This document shows, one piece after another, positions 9,949 to 17,545 of a DNA stretch of 32,000 bases. Source of the stretch: an uncultured bacterium (lineage in GTDB: Bacteria; Oederibacteriota; Oederibacteriia; Oederibacteriales; Oederibacteriaceae); assembly GCA_965112635.1 (NCBI GenBank), contig OZ218778.1:730258-762257 (forward strand). Direction: 5' to 3'. The notes beneath the pieces were generated by a model. It searched no databases. It was not told where the DNA came from and saw only the letters and a program-made list of their open reading frames with translations. Every line of letters starts with the position of its first letter. Within the stretch, counting starts at the first letter, position 1. A program made the translations under genes and the position numbers.

Positions 9949-10314
9949 TTATAACAGGTAGTGCAGCGCGCCGATTTCAGAAGTAAAAGACGGCAGGGTG
10001 GTTTCCAGGCTCAATAGTTGGTAAACGCGTTCGACATTGTGGGCCATGTTTATCAAAGCTATCCTGCCCCCGTTCCCGCTGACTTCTTTCCCAATATGCA
10101 CCAAAACATCCCAGCCGGCCCCGTCTATGAAGCTGATCCCCTTGAGGTCCACGATGATCCTGACAGAGGCCTGGCGGGCAAAGCTTAAGGCTGAGTATAT
10201 TAATTGGCATCCGGTATAGGCGTCGAGATATCCTTTGATGGTTATTTTCCAGCATTGGATGGTCTGGTAGGGGAGCTGCTCTATGGAAATATTGATTTCT
10301 TTTGTTGCATCCAT
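9949..10314 (-). CDS. STAS-domain anti-sigma-factor-antagonist-like protein
   Basis: 121 aa; VRIIVDLKGISFIDGAGWDVLVHIGKEVSGNGGRIALINM matches the STAS core (D-L-S/D motif around FIDGAG). Confidence 0.78.
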   Translation of the reverse strand: MDATKEINISIEQLPYQTIQCWKITIKGYLDAYTGCQLIYSALSFARQASVRIIVDLKGISFIDGAGWDVLVHIGKEVSGNGGRIALINMAHNVERVYQLLSLETTLPSFTSEIGALHYLL

Positions 10315-10441
10315 TGGTTCACCCTTTTTCTATTTCGGGTACATGCACGCATGCAGGCTGGCTGGCAGCGCTCAACATCGTTGTTTGACATAATTATACC
10401 ACCATGGCGGGAAACTGATTTTTCCATTCTGTCCTGTGCTT

Positions 10442-10519
10442 TTACTTCCTCCTATTGATCCTGTGGATCCGCCTTGTAGCTTTTCTCTTAGCCTTTTTTG
10501 TAGCTTTGCTCAGTGGCAT
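10442..10519 (-). CDS. Possible 25-aa highly basic microprotein
   Basis: ATG CCA CTG ... TAA encodes MPLSKATKKAKRKATRRIHRINRRK, with upstream AGAGGGAG. Below the ORF-track size cutoff. Weak without conservation data. Confidence 0.3.
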   Translation of the reverse strand: MPLSKATKKAKRKATRRIHRINRRK

Positions 10520-10553
10520 AAATTCTCCCTCTTATTTGGCCTATTTTATTCCT

Positions 10554-10736
10554 CTATCTTGCCCCTCTTTGGGATGATCTTCCTGTCTGCCTTTTTTGCA
10601 CGGTGGATACATGGCTATGGATAGAAGGCAGGGCCGCATAAGAACTGTCATAAAAAGCATATTTTTCAGCTTTGTCTTTGTGATAGCCGGCGCGGATCGC
10701 AGCCCTTTCAATTTTTTCTGATTCTCTCTTTCCCAT
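10554..10736 (-). CDS. Small hypothetical protein
   Basis: MGKRESEKIERAAIRAGYHKDKAEKYAFYDSSYAALPS...; AAAGGAGGGA lies upstream (ORF track start 10751). Confidence 0.4.
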   Translation of the reverse strand: MGKRESEKIERAAIRAGYHKDKAEKYAFYDSSYAALPSIHSHVSTVQKRQTGRSSQRGAR

Positions 10737-11006
10737 CTTCCCTCCTTTCAAGTTTGATACTCCCTATACTCTAACACTAATATGCTTTTTCATACTGATT
10801 ACTTGTCAGCAGGAAGCCCTGGACAAAATAGGTGTGATGAAATGGCTCGCCCCGGATAGGCGGGGGTTGAAGGATCTGAATGATCCTTCAACGGGTCCCT
10901 TCCATAATTAAGTATGCAGAGGGACCCCGGAGATCAATAACATTACCCTAGGCTCTACTTCCCTTTTGCCGGAAACAATCACAGACCCTTGTGGCACAAG
11001 GTTCGC

Positions 11007-11291
11007 CTACTTTGTATCTTGTCCCCTGCCCAGCCATCGACGGCATACATAAACAGCCGATATCCATGATCCAAAATCAGCTAGGAGCGCCCCCACCAAG
11101 ACCAGGCTGACCCAGTCACCCATAAATTTTGGGTAGGCGACCTGAACGCCCCCAATAATTAAAAAAGTGGCTATGATTGGGATGCCTGAATCCCTGTCTC
11201 CATATTTAATGTGGCGATATACCAGGCGAATATTCATGGGGATCAAGGCCAGGGCGCCTAAGAGAAAGATATTTCCGATAATGAACATCAT
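11007..11291 (-). CDS. Small integral membrane protein, unknown function
   Basis: 94 aa with about 3 hydrophobic segments; lies 22 nt downstream of an ArsR-like gene on the same strand. Confidence 0.65.
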   Translation of the reverse strand: MMFIIGNIFLLGALALIPMNIRLVYRHIKYGDRDSGIPIIATFLIIGGVQVAYPKFMGDWVSLVLVGALLADFGSWISAVYVCRRWLGRGQDTK

Positions 11292-11313
11292 GGTTCATTC
11301 CCCCACGACAGGA

Positions 11314-11628
11314 TCATTCCTCAGTATCCTGGGTCTTGTGCTGGCTGGAAAGATGGATCAAACCTTTAAGCCCGTCAATAATTTCCAGGACTTCTTTTTG
11401 ATACTTTAACCGATACAGCACATACTGCCCCTTGCTTGTAAATCTGACTAGGTCAGCCATCCGCAGGCTCCGCAATTGATGCGAAACTGCGGGCATGGAT
11501 CGTCTGACCTTTTTAGCCAGCTCGGATGGCGCGCAGGGTTCCTTGGCTATGGCCTCCAGGATCTGAAAAGCCACAGGATTTCCCAGCACTTTGCATACTC
11601 TGGAACAACGGAATGAAGTCTCTTGCAT
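11314..11628 (-). CDS. ArsR-like winged-helix transcriptional regulator (copy 1)
   Basis: LGNPVAFQILEAIAKEPCAPSELAKKVRRSMPAVSHQLRSLRMADLVRFTSKGQYVLYRLK. ATG at 11628 has GGAGAGGAG upstream (ORF track start GTG 11643). Confidence 0.88.
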   Translation of the reverse strand: MQETSFRCSRVCKVLGNPVAFQILEAIAKEPCAPSELAKKVRRSMPAVSHQLRSLRMADLVRFTSKGQYVLYRLKYQKEVLEIIDGLKGLIHLSSQHKTQDTEE

Positions 11629-11693
11629 ATTTCTCCTCTCCACCGATCTAAATAATGGGGATCCACAAATACGGATAATATCCTATTTTCGCA

Positions 11694-11711
11694 TTTTCGC
11701 AATTGCGAAAA
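11694..11711. promoter_or_regulatory. Perfect 18-bp palindrome, putative operator of ArsR copy 1
   Basis: TTTTCGCAATTGCGAAAA, 66 bp upstream of the ArsR-1 ATG. Confidence 0.65.
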
Positions 11712-11855
11712 CGTGGAAATGTCACATCTTGGGATTTAGATCAAGGACTTCAAAGCGCTACATGGGAATTAAAAAAACCCGCGGGGGAGGCGGGAGAATC
11801 CTATGCTTGCCTGGGGTCTAATTCCCTTTTGCAAGAAATAACTCCTGGCCCCGGT

Positions 11856-12299
11856 TCATTTCAGGTGAGAGCCATATCCTTCTAGGAGATCAGGAAACTC
11901 GGTAAGGAGAAATTCTTTGGCGTTCACTATCAGGGTTTTTCCCGTTTTTTTCAGCACCAGCAGGTCAAGGTCGCCCGTGACCAGATAATCAGCCCGGCTG
12001 GCTTTGGCCAGGTCCAGGACAAAAATATCCTTGGGATCTCTCAACTTTTGATGTATGCCTGGGCTTTTAATTTCAAAGGGAACAGTATAGGAAAGTATAT
12101 CTCCCAAAACCTTGTCCAATTCACTGTCTGAGAGCCCGAACTTCTTTCCCTGCAGAGTATGGGCCAGCTCTTTCAGTACCTCAGGAGAACAAACCAGCTC
12201 AATGAGCTCATGCCGGGCCAGTCCCAAAAACAGGCGGTTGACGCCCGGCCAGAAAGTGCCTGAAATGTAAACGTTGGTATCCGCAACCACTCTTACCAC
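11856..12299 (-). CDS. PIN-domain toxin-like nuclease
   Basis: 147 aa (GTG start) MVRVVADTNVYISGTFWP...LRDPKDIFVLDLAKASRADYLVTGDLDLL matches the PIN-family toxin pattern. Confidence 0.88.
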   Translation of the reverse strand: MVRVVADTNVYISGTFWPGVNRLFLGLARHELIELVCSPEVLKELAHTLQGKKFGLSDSELDKVLGDILSYTVPFEIKSPGIHQKLRDPKDIFVLDLAKASRADYLVTGDLDLLVLKKTGKTLIVNAKEFLLTEFPDLLEGYGSHLK

Positions 12300-12301
12300 T
12301 G

Positions 12302-12559
12302 CTACCGGCTCTCTTTGACCAGGCGGACAATGTCAGCTTCTTTTAAGTGAGCAAACCCTTTCTTTTTGGCCAGCGTTTCGGCCCATTGATAAAGATTCTT
12401 TGAACTTGGTTTGGAAACAACCCCTTTATTTTTTAGATAAAGCTCCAGGGATTCTTCAATAACCCCGCCGATGGTCTTATCTTCCTGCAGGGCTATCCTT
12501 TTGGTCATTTTTAGTAACTCCGGGTCCAGCCTCAGCGTGGTCTTCATGGATGTGATCAT
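12302..12559 (-). CDS. Ribbon-helix-helix-type antitoxin-like protein
   Basis: Start moved to ATG 12559 (GGAGGGACCT upstream): MITSMKTTLRLDPELLKMTKRIALQEDKTIGGVIEESLELYLKNKG. Ends 2 nt before the PIN GTG start. Confidence 0.78.
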   Translation of the reverse strand: MITSMKTTLRLDPELLKMTKRIALQEDKTIGGVIEESLELYLKNKGVVSKPSSKNLYQWAETLAKKKGFAHLKEADIVRLVKESR

Positions 12560-12579
12560 AGGTCCCTCCTCTCTTTGCT

Positions 12580-12603
12580 TGCCATATTGCCATATAGATG
12601 GCA
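12580..12603. promoter_or_regulatory. Putative toxin-antitoxin autoregulatory operator
   Basis: Tandem TGCCATAT (12580-12587, 12588-12595) running into the imperfect palindrome TGCCATATAGATGGCA (12588-12603), just upstream of the antitoxin start. Confidence 0.5.
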
Positions 12604-12661
12604 CGAAGTCAAGTTGGAACAAGGTTTTCGTATAACATAATGTCCAGGTTGGTAAATTGCA

Positions 12662-12706
12662 AGGCGGGGATCGCTGAACCTTCATTTTTTGCATGTCGCA
12701 GGTCAA
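12662..12706. repeat. Direct repeat copy A (45 bp)
   Basis: GGCGGGGATCGCTGAACCTTCATTTTTTGCATGTCGCAGGTCAAG; 42/45 identical to 14401-14445. Confidence 0.85.
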
Positions 12707-12765
12707 GCTCGTCCTAAAGCGTGCCCTGTAGGCACATGGACCTCCCCCGAAATAATGGGCACCTC

Positions 12766-13791
12766 TTACGGCCGGGTAACTTCTTGCACCATTTTTGGAA
12801 AAGCTCCCTGAACATTATTTAATTTAAATCTGGATATGCCTACTCTTTCAATGCCTGTTTCCCATCCGTCCCTGGCGTTATACCATATCCAAAGTTCATT
12901 CCCAACTTTTCTCATATCTAGCTGGTAGACCAAGGCGTCTTTCCAGCCTTTTTCCGGGGCTATGATCGGGTTAAAAGGCAGGTTGTACCACTCCATACCG
13001 TCTTTGGATAAAAGGAAATGAATGGCTGAACGGGAACTGCCTTCTTTGTCTTTATAAATGCCGTTGTTGAATCCCAAAAATATATTTTCTGTCCATTCAT
13101 AGTAAACCTTCAGGCCTCCGGCCCCCATATTTCTGTACGGATCATCCGGGTTTGGTCCTATGACGGGAAGAGGGTGTTTTTTATAAGGTCCCATGATGTT
13201 ATTGGAAAACGCAACGCCGTTATAAACCGGTTCCTCATAACCGCAGTCAGGAAGCAGGACTTCCCCGGAAGCATAGTACAACCTGTATCCTTCCGGGGTC
13301 TTTGTTATACAGGCGTTTCTGACCACTGGTCTTGACCTGAAGCTTTCTTTTTCCCAGGGAAGGCCGGGTCTTAATATGACCTCATCCTTTGTCCAGTTTT
13401 TCAGGTCTTTTGAGGATCTTACCGCTATGCAGCATTCACCTTCAATAAACCAGGGTCCGTGGTGGAACATATAAAAAGTGCCTTTGTCCTTGAAAACGAA
13501 CGGGTTCCATCCGGGTTTGAATCTGTCTAAAGCTTTCCAGTTTATACCGTCATTAGAAACCATATGGTTAATATAAGTATCCCCGCTTACCGCGTATAAA
13601 TGCCATTTCCCGTCCGGACTGGTTTCAGGCATGATAATGGTAGGTTCTCCGACAACCTGTGTGTTAAAGGGAGGATTGATAATGGGGTTTCCTGGATGAT
13701 CGGCCCATTTATCCCACTGAACCTTTTTTAGAAGCTCGGGTGAAAATACTTCTTCCGGGTTACTTTGGATTAAGCCGTTCTTGTTCTTCAT
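12766..13791 (-). CDS. GH43/GH130-like five-bladed beta-propeller glycoside hydrolase/phosphorylase-family protein
   Basis: 341 aa; GEPTIIMPETSPDGKWHLYAVSG...HMVSNDGINWKAL, WNPFVFKDKGTFYMFHHG, IAVRSSKDLKNWTKD, FLLSKDGMEWYNLPFNPIIAPEKGWKD: blade-repeat motifs of clan GH-F/J-like proteins. Confidence 0.7.
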   Translation of the reverse strand: MKNKNGLIQSNPEEVFSPELLKKVQWDKWADHPGNPIINPPFNTQVVGEPTIIMPETSPDGKWHLYAVSGDTYINHMVSNDGINWKALDRFKPGWNPFVFKDKGTFYMFHHGPWFIEGECCIAVRSSKDLKNWTKDEVILRPGLPWEKESFRSRPVVRNACITKTPEGYRLYYASGEVLLPDCGYEEPVYNGVAFSNNIMGPYKKHPLPVIGPNPDDPYRNMGAGGLKVYYEWTENIFLGFNNGIYKDKEGSSRSAIHFLLSKDGMEWYNLPFNPIIAPEKGWKDALVYQLDMRKVGNELWIWYNARDGWETGIERVGISRFKLNNVQGAFPKMVQEVTRP

Positions 13792-13865
13792 AGACCCTCC
13801 TCTTTACGAAAACCCCGCCCCCGCCCTCAAGGTGCGCGTCCATGAGGACGTTAAGGCGGGGAAGT

Positions 13866-14180
13866 TTATTCCTCAGTATCCTGGGTCTTGTGCTGGCTGG
13901 TCAGATGAACCAAACCCTCCAGCCCGTCTATGATCTCCAGAATTTCCTTGGGGTATTTAATCCTGTAAAGAACATATTTATTTTTTGTCGTATATCGAAC
14001 TAAATCTGCCAAACGCAAGCCTTTCAACTGATGTGAAATGGCCGATATGGTTCTTTTGAACCTTTTGCTCAACTCAGATGGGGTGCACGGTTCCTTAGCA
14101 ATAGCCTCAAGAATTTGAAAAGTCAAAGGATTGCCCAATACCCGGCATAGCCTGGAACAACGATATGCTGTTTCTTTCAT
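13866..14180 (-). CDS. ArsR-like winged-helix transcriptional regulator (copy 2)
   Basis: LGNPLTFQILEAIAKEPCTPSELSKRFKRTISAISHQLKGLRLADLVRYTTKNKYVLYRIK. Paralog of 11314-11628; both end HKTQDTEE. ATG at 14180 has GGAGAGGAG upstream. Confidence 0.88.
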   Translation of the reverse strand: MKETAYRCSRLCRVLGNPLTFQILEAIAKEPCTPSELSKRFKRTISAISHQLKGLRLADLVRYTTKNKYVLYRIKYPKEILEIIDGLEGLVHLTSQHKTQDTEE

Positions 14181-14238
14181 ATTTTCTCCTCTCCACACAA
14201 GCCATAAGATACAAACCCCACAATCCCTTATTCTACCT

Positions 14239-14276
14239 CATTTGCACGTTTGTTCAATTGAGCAAATGTGCAAATG
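14239..14276. promoter_or_regulatory. 38-bp near-perfect palindrome, putative operator of ArsR copy 2
   Basis: CATTTGCACGTTTGTTCAATTGAGCAAATGTGCAAATG, centred on CAATTG, 59 bp upstream of the ArsR-2 ATG. Confidence 0.65.
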
Positions 14277-14400
14277 ACCAATCTGGGGATTTAGAATCTA
14301 AAGCATTTGATGTTTAGGATGGTGGGGCGAATGGTTTAAAAACCCGCCGGGGGAAAAATTGAGGAAAGAGGGCCTGAAAATTTTGAAAAGGGGTCGGGGA

Positions 14401-14445
14401 GGCGGGGATCACTGAACCTTCAATTTCTGCATGTCGCAGGTCAAG
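14401..14445. repeat. Direct repeat copy B (45 bp)
   Basis: GGCGGGGATCACTGAACCTTCAATTTCTGCATGTCGCAGGTCAAG; 3 mismatches to 12662-12706, same orientation. Confidence 0.85.
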
Positions 14446-14623
14446 GTTTGCCCCGAATAATATTCGTTTTTTACAACCATTTTGAATTAAGACTTGAAAA
14501 TAGCACAATCTTAGTCCATACTACATACAGGCTTGAGTAGTAATCTGAGATGTCAACCCCAGAGTTGACCATCGATACCAGGATTACCAACTTGAGCCTT
14601 TTTTATTGATGACCCCTTTGGTT

Positions 14624-15412
14624 CTATTCCCTATCCTTCCTAACCTGCATAACATAGTGAATATTGAACTTTTTGAAAACATCGGTTTTCTCAATTCCAT
14701 CCGTTGTCCAGGTGTCCGGTAAAAAATTTGTTACGCCAAGTTTTGAGATTAAATATTCTCTTATTTTATTTTTGTAAAGCGACCCCTTCTTTTTTCCTTC
14801 CATAGGTTCTATTGGAAACAGATTATTTAAAATACAGCCCTGAAGCAAATCACAAACCCCCATTAATTCATACCCTTCAGCGCCAGATACAACATCTTGA
14901 ATATGGCGAATCTTAGGAAGTTTTGAATCCAGCGAGTAACCGGCCTCTATAGTGCTGAAATTACGCTTCAATACCTCCATAAAGGTTATCGGTTCACAGC
15001 GTGTCATTTTATCCAAAAAAAGGATCGCATTCGACATATGATCAAGATTTCTTTTAAGCAGTTCATCGGCCAGTGACCGATAGGCTCGTTCTCGTTTTAT
15101 CTTCGCTGGTTCATCTGGACGACCGTATATCTCCAGATCAAAGCTATTGTCTGTTTTTATAGCAATGCAACTAAAATGACTGTCGCTCAGCATGAAAGCA
15201 TCGATCGCTTCCTTATAAACCCTGAACGCTTTGGAATAATTACAGCGAGTATATTTAATTTCCTTGAAACTGCCATCAGGTAGAACATATGCATTGCGGG
15301 CCAATACTCCCTTTATTTGTTTGTGAAATTTATGATGCGTGGGATTAAACAAAGCCCCAAGAAGGAGCCACGTATGATTATGATCGTATGTTTCGTCTAA
15401 ATATATAATCAT
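14624..15412 (-). CDS. DUF3800-like protein (RNase H-like fold family)
   Basis: 262 aa; N-terminal MIIYLDETYDHNH...LLGALF, internal AILFLDKMTR, C-terminal GVCDLLQGCILNN, in the style of the DUF3800 acidic motifs. Confidence 0.65.
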   Translation of the reverse strand: MIIYLDETYDHNHTWLLLGALFNPTHHKFHKQIKGVLARNAYVLPDGSFKEIKYTRCNYSKAFRVYKEAIDAFMLSDSHFSCIAIKTDNSFDLEIYGRPDEPAKIKRERAYRSLADELLKRNLDHMSNAILFLDKMTRCEPITFMEVLKRNFSTIEAGYSLDSKLPKIRHIQDVVSGAEGYELMGVCDLLQGCILNNLFPIEPMEGKKKGSLYKNKIREYLISKLGVTNFLPDTWTTDGIEKTDVFKKFNIHYVMQVRKDRE

Positions 15413-15540
15413 TATTTATTTTTTCTCCTCTATTTATTTCTTTTTTCACCTTCATCCTGAGCCGGTTCATCCTTCTCCCCAAACGCGGGAGAGGGTGGAT
15501 TGGATTTTTTATTGAATAGTAATAACCATAACTTATTAGT

Positions 15541-17517
15541 TTATATTATTGCAAAACCAACATCTTTTAAATATTCAAAAGTCGGATCATAATAGTCTCG
15601 CTTACGCGTTTTATCCTCTGTGTCTCCCTGCGGTACTACCATCACCATACCTTGCCGAGCACGGGTTAACAAAACACGATATGCATTTTTCAAATAGTTT
15701 TGCCTTTCTTTCTTTTTAATATGATTCCAGCTCTCACCGCAAAAGGACCAATGCTCCCAACCTTTTTTTGAATATCTAAAATCAGCATCCCAGGCTACAC
15801 ATGACCAATCAAGCTCAAGCCCCTGGACTGCGAATTCAGTCGCAACATCTTCTAAATAATATGACGAGCGCACATCCTCCTTGCCATCAAGAAACCAATG
15901 AATCGGATCCATAGGAGTTTTCACATCTAGAGCATGAGGTTTTAACCGCTCAGCTTGAGAAGAAACCACAATGCCATATCGTTCTGAACCGCGGGCTTGG
16001 CTTCTTAACCATTTCTTTGCTTTAGTAAGATCCCGAGTAAGGACTATCGGATATTTTTCTTTTACATTGGCCAATGTTTTTCGTGCTTCATCAACATTAA
16101 GGTCTAATAGTTGCTTCACAAATAGCGAAACATTCTCCGCACGGAACGAACGCATAGAGACACCTAGATGTAATTCATTTTTGTAGGTAACATTTTCTCT
16201 AAGTTCAATTTTTTTCAAAACCTCACCAGCACCATATTCGCTATCTGTGAGCCGCGAGGAAATATAAATATCCCAATTGGGATATAAATGATTTAATGAT
16301 TCTATCCATTCGCTAATCCCAGCCTCGCCGGTGTTTATTTCCTGCCCTCCCCCCACAAGGCAAACAACAACGGCCCAATCCGTATGGCGATCTAAACAAG
16401 AAATTAAAAAATCCGGTTCCGATCGATTAAAATTAGCTACATGCTTTCTGCGGGTCATAAAATTGGTGGTTTGTTCCCTATTCCAAGCTCGTTGGGCCTC
16501 ATCAAACAATGCAACGTGTTCAATTGGTGGTTTTTTTGAATCAATCAGACATTCATCACGAAAATTATGAACATTCTGGATAAACATCTTAACCCCAGAC
16601 ATAACTTCGCCTTTTTTTACTTTGATCCCTTGCTCTTTCTCATGACGCACTTTATCTCTTGCAAGGGCCTCGCGTAGCACAGCAACAAGAGGCCCATTGC
16701 CAGATAAAAATACACTGTAAAGGTCATTCGATTTATCTATGTGCTGAGTAGCAATATTTAGACCAACCAAAGTTTTACCCGCACCAGGCACACCAGTGAC
16801 GAAACAGATAGATTTGCGCGAATTTTGTTTAGATAAACTAATGATTTTTGAAATAGCATCAGAGGTTTGACTCAGATTGATAGCGCTGGCATCCCTTCGA
16901 GAAATATCATGTACTGAATGGCCGTTATAAAGGGCCATAGCTGCCTCAATAATAGTCGGGGTGGGACAATAGCGTCCTTGTTCCCACTGACTTTGATTAA
17001 TGGCAATACCTTCTGTAAAGAGCAATACATTCTTTATCACTTGGCCAAGCAATGCCACAGTGCTTCTAATAGGAAAAAGAAGTTTGTCATTCTGCGGTGT
17101 CATTGCCACAACAGGAACGGCATGGTGAGCATTGGTAGCTACAAGGACTGGAGCAACAAATTGCTCATGACTCGATTCGTGGAAGTTTTTAAGGTCCAGA
17201 GCATAGTCACAGACCTGATCTAAAGCACCAGAATTAAATTCCTTTTCACCAATTTTAAATTCAAGCACAAAAATCGTAGAGCCTATTAGCAGCACCACAT
17301 CAATTCGCTTGCCCATACGAGGTATTGAATATTCAAAATAAATCGATCCCTGATTACCAATAAGGGCGTTTTGCAGAATATTGATTTCTTCTAACCATGC
17401 ATCACGTTGGCTTTGGACCAAATCAAAATCATTATTGCGTGCAAGTTGACCTAGAATTTCATCAGGATTTGTTTTAAGGAAAATAGCTATTGAACTAGAA
17501 TAATATTCTCGTTTCAT
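15541..17517 (-). CDS. DUF2075-type SF1-like ATPase/helicase with N-terminal PD-(D/E)XK-like region
   Basis: 658 aa; N-term [20 protein letters not shown] (D...ExK), Walker [14 protein letters not shown], Walker B-like [14 protein letters not shown]-terminal [17 protein letters not shown]. Confidence 0.85.
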   Translation of the reverse strand: MKREYYSSSIAIFLKTNPDEILGQLARNNDFDLVQSQRDAWLEEINILQNALIGNQGSIYFEYSIPRMGKRIDVVLLIGSTIFVLEFKIGEKEFNSGALDQVCDYALDLKNFHESSHEQFVAPVLVATNAHHAVPVVAMTPQNDKLLFPIRSTVALLGQVIKNVLLFTEGIAINQSQWEQGRYCPTPTIIEAAMALYNGHSVHDISRRDASAINLSQTSDAISKIISLSKQNSRKSICFVTGVPGAGKTLVGLNIATQHIDKSNDLYSVFLSGNGPLVAVLREALARDKVRHEKEQGIKVKKGEVMSGVKMFIQNVHNFRDECLIDSKKPPIEHVALFDEAQRAWNREQTTNFMTRRKHVANFNRSEPDFLISCLDRHTDWAVVVCLVGGGQEINTGEAGISEWIESLNHLYPNWDIYISSRLTDSEYGAGEVLKKIELRENVTYKNELHLGVSMRSFRAENVSLFVKQLLDLNVDEARKTLANVKEKYPIVLTRDLTKAKKWLRSQARGSERYGIVVSSQAERLKPHALDVKTPMDPIHWFLDGKEDVRSSYYLEDVATEFAVQGLELDWSCVAWDADFRYSKKGWEHWSFCGESWNHIKKKERQNYLKNAYRVLLTRARQGMVMVVPQGDTEDKTRKRDYYDPTFEYLKDVGFAII

Positions 17518-17545
17518 AGATTCCTTTTTATATCATCGTCAGGGT

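Noticed and set aside
12560-12706. N-terminal extension of the antitoxin ORF (MTCDMQKMKVQRSPPC...)
   Set aside because: It reads through the 45-bp direct repeat and the operator. The RHH domain starts at the ATG 12559, which has an RBS.
13813-14380. Possible CRISPR or phase-variable repeat array near the ArsR palindromes
   Set aside because: Repeats occur only twice, are palindromic operators or 45-bp direct repeats, and no spacer periodicity or cas genes are present.
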